Positions 54,401 through 60,400 of a DNA stretch of 64,000 nt are shown here, one piece after another. The notes under the pieces were generated by a model. That model was given only the letters and a program-made list of their open reading frames with translations. It did no database searches and had not been told where the DNA came from. Within the stretch, counting starts at the first letter, position 1, and each line of letters begins with the position of its first letter. A program made the position numbers and the translations under genes. The stretch is from Haliotis rubra (taxonomy: Eukaryota): positions 1,364,001 to 1,428,000 of the forward strand of contig NW_025765814.1 of the NCBI RefSeq assembly GCF_003918875.1, read 5' to 3'.

Positions 54401-57400
54401 ACGAGTTATGATTATGTCAAATATTTAGGTGTGTATATAGAAAAGTGGAAGGAGAGTATTGAAAGGTTTTTAAAGTTCTGCTCCAGAAAGGAGCACTATC
54501 ACCAATTTCAGTGTATGTTGAACTTGTTGCCATGGAAATGCCAAAAATGATTTATTCAGAAATCCAAAACTACCAAAAGGCACCAGTACACCACCAGATC
54601 TATGTATGTGCCAAGTCTGGTGAAGAAACATTGAACGGTTTTAGAGTTTTGCTCCGGAAAAGAGCACTACCACCAATTTCTGTTTTAGTCAAACTTGTTG
54701 CCATGGAAATGCCAAAAATATTTTATTCAGAATTCCAAAAATACCAAAAAGGAACCAGTACACCACCAGACCAATCTATGTGCCAAGTTTGGTGAAGAAA
54801 TAGTGAATGGTTTTAGAGTTCAGCTCCGGAAAAGAGCACTACCACTAATTTCAGTCTAAGTCGAACTTGTTGCCACGGAAATGCCAAAAATATTTTATTC
54901 AGAATTCCAAAACTACCAAAAGGAACCAGTACACCACCAGACCAATCTATGTGCCAAGTTTGGTGAAGAAATAGTGAATGGTTTTAGAGTTCAGCTCCGG
55001 AAAAGACAAATGTGCACGGACGGACGGACGCACGCATGCACGGACGGAGTCCATTTTAATAGCCCCTGCAAAACGCGTTGCGGGGGATAATAAAGTGATG
55101 CCTTGAATGTATTGCTGATGGGGAGGATATAAAAGAATGAAATATTAAGAAACAAAAACACTATCTTTCTTTCTAAAAGCAGGTAAATGAGTTGGTGCTT
55201 TTTCATTAGGATCTGCTTTAAGACATGCTTTTGAATTTGTTCAATCTTCACCTTCAGAAAAATCACAAAAGTTAGATTAAAAATGTTTGAAGTATTGTAC
55301 ATTCTCATGAAGAATTATTACAATTAAAGAGCAGATATATCTTTCTGTTACATTTTCTGTTCAGCATGAATCTGCCTAGCTGGTATGTTGACAATGGCTT
55401 AAGAATCTATACCAAATGTCGCCCCCCTCAGTACCAGTGTTCCTTGATAATGAGAGTGCATCAGTTCCCAGCCTGAACCTGATACAGATGTTGCCAGTGC
55501 ATCTATAACTTAATGGCTGAACACCCAGCTTGAGAATGATGTCATAATACCTACTCATTGTCATACGCCCCTGACTGTGATAACACCTCTGATAGTCATA
55601 ACAGCTACTATTTTCAGTAACACCTCTGACAGTCTATCACCTCCTGATAGTCATCAACACAAAGTGACAAGAGTTCAATACTCTCCTGGGTGTCGTCGTA
55701 CAAAACCTTAGCCTGTCCACTTTCAGAAGCTTGTTATTTTATGGGAGTGAAGATCACCTCAGTGCTAACAATGTAAGGTGCAGTAGTATCGTGAGGAGTG
55801 CATATTCTCAATGTTTGTTTGTTGTTTAATGCCGCACTCAACAATATTCCAGCTATATGGCGGCAGTCTGTAAATAACTGAGTCTGGACCAGACAATCCA
55901 GTTATCAGCATCATGACCATCGATCTACACAACTGGACCCAAATGATGACATGTGTCAACCAAGTTGGCGGGTCTGACCACTCGATCGCGGGTCGCCTCT
56001 AATGACAAGTCTGGGTTGCTGAAGACCAATTCTAACCTGGATCTTCACAGGTCCAAGATTCAAGATTTACTGGTCGGTTACTTGTAAAAGTGTGTACAGT
56101 GGTCAAGTTGAACAGGGATTACGGTAATGTGGTGACCTGGTAACTGAAAATTGTCTGCTCAGGGGTCACCTTCTAACCCGTATCTTCACGGGTTTGATTT
56201 CAAAGTGTCTAAAGGAGTCGATAGCAATGTAAGCCTCTTCTGGTTTTACAGACAGACAATAGTTTATTAATGTTACATGTCCCTTGTTAGGGTTCACTCA
56301 CCTCTGCTTTGTTGCATAAATCCTATTGCTTTCTATGTCCATGGGACTTATTGTCATGCTCTGAGGTATATTTCACTCCTAATCAGCATACATCATATTT
56401 GATACTTAGGATCATGTAAAGCAGTCACATCTCAGCATTCGGACATGGAGGTAAGACAATACACCATGACAAGCAAGCCATCTAGAAACTAACCATCCTT
56501 TTGGAGACACAAGATTCACATGCAGGGTTGGTGTTCCAAGTTAACAATAATGGTACTTTCATTACAGTACAGGGTTCGAAATACCCCATATATTAGTGTG
56601 CCATGGCACGGTAATTACTGAAATGGCACGGCTAAAAAATGTTCTCGGTGCCCTTTTGACACGCCTGATTTTTCAGAGACATAACTCACATTTAGTCATT
56701 TAATCCCCAAAACAATTTTTTTTTTTCCAAATTAAATAATACCATACATATTTGAAAGCTCATAAGCCCATTTCTTTATTTAACAATAAATTTCAAATGA
56801 TCATCATCATTGTCATTTATTCTAAAAAATGTGGGCATACTCGATTTCTGAAAGGCACACCTAAAATATTTGTCTGGTGCCTTAAGGCACACTTAGACAA
56901 AAAAGTATTTCTATCCCTGCAGTACATTGTCCTGTCTTATCAATTGACACATTTATGAAGATGCGTAAATTTTAATGTTGTTCATTTCAGAGAAACCATG
57001 GATTGACAACAAAGTTCAATGTGCTTTTGGCAGGAAGACCTCAACCACTGTGCTGTGAAAGACTACGCTGGAAATAGAAAGCTGTAATGAATCTGACAAC
57101 ATTGGATGCAAGTGATCTTGCACTAACAGAGAGAAGTGATGTGGAGATAGCTTTACTCTCTGCTTTCATCATCTTCATAATCCTCCTCGCAATCGCTGGC
57201 AACATGGCCGTCATATTTGCCATCTACACCAGCCATCACCTTCAGGAGGAGATGTCAAACATATTCATCGTTAACCTCAGCATTACAGACCTGACGTCTG
57301 CTGTGGTCGTCATGGGCTCCGCTATGGTCGCGATAAGTACAGACAGTTGGCCCATGGGGCAGGCATGGTGTGATATAGTGTGTGCCGTCAACTACTGCAT

Positions 57401-60400
57401 GATCATTGTGTCCATGCTCAACCTGTGCTTCATCAGCGTGGACCGCTACATCGCAATTGTCCACACACTGCAGTATAATTTACTCATGACCAGACGCAAA
57501 ATCTTCATCATGATTGCATACTCATGGTTTCAGGGGGCAATGTTTGCATGTGTCCCAGTGATCTTCCGCTGGGTCAAATATGATTACTGGGAAGCTATAT
57601 GTGCCATTCAGTGGCATGAACAACGTGATAAAGCTCTGTACTAACGTCATCATTGCATTTATTATGTGTTTTTTTTTACCTGGACTCATCCTGTTCGTTT
57701 GCTATTGTCAAATCCTCAAAACTACCAAAGCAAACCAACAAGCAATTGCCACTCGTGACTCTAACACTCAAACGGTCCGTGTCAAGTATACCACCAGCTC
57801 CAAAGCCATGTATGGTTTGCTGGTGGTCGTAGTGGCGTACTTTGTGCATGACGCCGTTCAGCGTGACAAAACTGTACAAGGTATCAGCAGCGGAAGACCA
57901 TGTATTGCCAGACTATCTGAACCTCATTGCAAGTCTGACCGGCTACTTATCCAGTGCGGTCAATCCTCTCATCTACGGGATATTCAGGAGGGATTTTCGT
58001 AAAGCTTTTGAGCTGGTGTTTAAAAAGATACTTGCTGAAAGAGCAGTTGTCCCTGCAAGCCATGATATAAATTTGTCGGAGTAGAACTGAAGACTATCTT
58101 TACACACGTCTGAACATTTGTGATACCGTTACATCCATTTTGTACAGAGGACATCAGATTTTACAGTTGTCACCATGCCACATCAATCTGACAAGCATTC
58201 ATAAGACTTCAACAGATTCCATTTACAGACTTATATACTTGGTAACAGATATAATAGCTTATATTTAGGGAAGATCTTTATTTTGTACTTATCTTTTTAT
58301 CAATGTTTGTCTGTATTGGTGAGATGGGAAGTTTCAGACTGTAACTGACAGATTAAAGGTGCTTATATACACTAAATACACTTTTTGTCAATGGTATGTT
58401 GTCTGAACAATTTTTGAGTGGTTAGTTCTACTAATAAGTCACTGCTTCTTAGTGAGTGAGTGAGTGAGTGAGTGAGTGAGTGAGTGTGGTTTTACACTGC
58501 TCTTAGCAATATTCCAGCAATATCATACAGGGGGACACCAAAAAATGGGCTTCGCAAGTTTGGGAATCGAATCCGTATCTTCAGCATGACAAGCAGATGC
58601 TTTAACCATTAGGCTATCCCACTGCCACTCTTAGGCAAGTAGTTTACAGGGACATTGAAATTCTTTGTGCTTTTGGTTCATGACTTCATTCTGGATTTCA
58701 CAGCCATTATTATGTCGTATTTCTTCTACAAAATTATGTGCAATTCTCAAATCTGTTAATATGTGCAGCATCTGGGACCAGAGAATGTCGTCGAGTACAT
58801 TCAAAGTAACCAGAATCAATTGTACATCTATGTACCACGCGGAACATGACAAAAATGAAACAGTGGGTGCTTACCTCTCCTTTGTCAATTTTTTAGGCCT
58901 TGACCTTTATATCCATACATGGCCTTGACCTGAGGAATTTTCCGAGTTTCCACAACATCCTGCAGAACTTCCTTCTGTCTCACTTCCTCCACCTCGATTT
59001 CTCTGGGCACCTCCACAACTTCCTCCTCTTCCTCTTCCTCGGGCTCATGTTCTCCATTCTCGGCTGGTCGGAACTTTTCTGGGGAGATCTGAAACATCAA
59101 CATGACGCCTGATAACATTCAGTCTACTCAATATTGAGTGAGGAAGAGCAGTTTTCTTCTGGTTATACACTATTCCAGCCATATCACGGCAATGGGCACC
59201 AAAATCAGCTTCATACACTACACCCATAAAGGGAACAGAACCTGGGCATTCAACATGTTAACACTTTAAACCACTCACCTACCCTACCAACCCCATACTG
59301 CCTTACTTCTTCAAGAGTAAGAGGAGTACCAGAAAGTTTTCAGGGAGAAATACAGGGAATCAGAAGTCCAGTTACCACACATTCCGCTGAAAGTCTTTTT
59401 ATTTTTCCATGGAATACGAACATGCCATAATAATTCTATTTGCATCAAAAGGAACAATTTTACATAAGATATTACAACTGACTAGAGACATTAAGTTGTG
59501 AGAAATGGCAACTTGAACATATAGAAAGAGGTAAAGTTTCCCTTACTGTGCATAGGTGAGGAGAAAAGAATTTACCTCATAACTATTTGACATGTCTGTG
59601 GTGAAGAAGATGTCTTTTGAATTGTTTTTAATATTTTACAGAGTGGCTATGATGTAAGAGAGGGAAAGTATGAAACAGATTTATCACAAGTTGAGAAGCA
59701 GACAGAACTGACTTACATTATGCTCACTGGCAGCCTTGGTCATGAGTATAGCAAGATCTTCAAGACGCCGAATCTCTCCATTGAATGCCTTGATATCTTT
59801 CTCGAGACGATTATGTCGAGACAGCAGAGCCTGTGGAAATAAGGCATTGTTTTAAATGAGCAATCAACCTTTAGTTCATTTTGTAATGTTATCCAAGCCA
59901 ACACTTGTAAAATAACAGGAGTAGTACTGAACAAAGTCAATGGTTTCATTTTTGTACTGGCTTCCTTCTTGACAAAAACACAGGTAATGTAATGTGGCAA
60001 TATTCTCGTCTCATCTTTGCCAACGACATTTGTAATGTTAGGCGAAATATTCTCATATCATTCTTGCAAGCTTTACTTGTAATGTATAGCACAATATTCT
60101 CACCTCATCCTTGAAAACAGACCGGCAATGTAAGACGCAATATTCTCACCTGGGCACTGGCTTCATCCTTGCCGTGATCATCACTACACACGAGTGGCAT
60201 CTTCTCCCTCATCCAGGACTCTGCCTCGTCAGCATCAGCGTAATACTGCTGTGCCTCGATGGCATCTTCCAGTCTGGTACGTCTGATGCGGGCCAGCTCT
60301 TGCAGCTGCTTCCACTTGTCCATAAGGCTTTTGATGCGAGACCCTATCTCTGATCTAGCTTTATGGCCTCCATTCACAAGGTCCTGACCCACAGCACAAA

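Noticed and set aside
57087-58084. Opsin or canonical biogenic-amine receptor
   Set aside because: No Lys7.43 and no Asp3.32.
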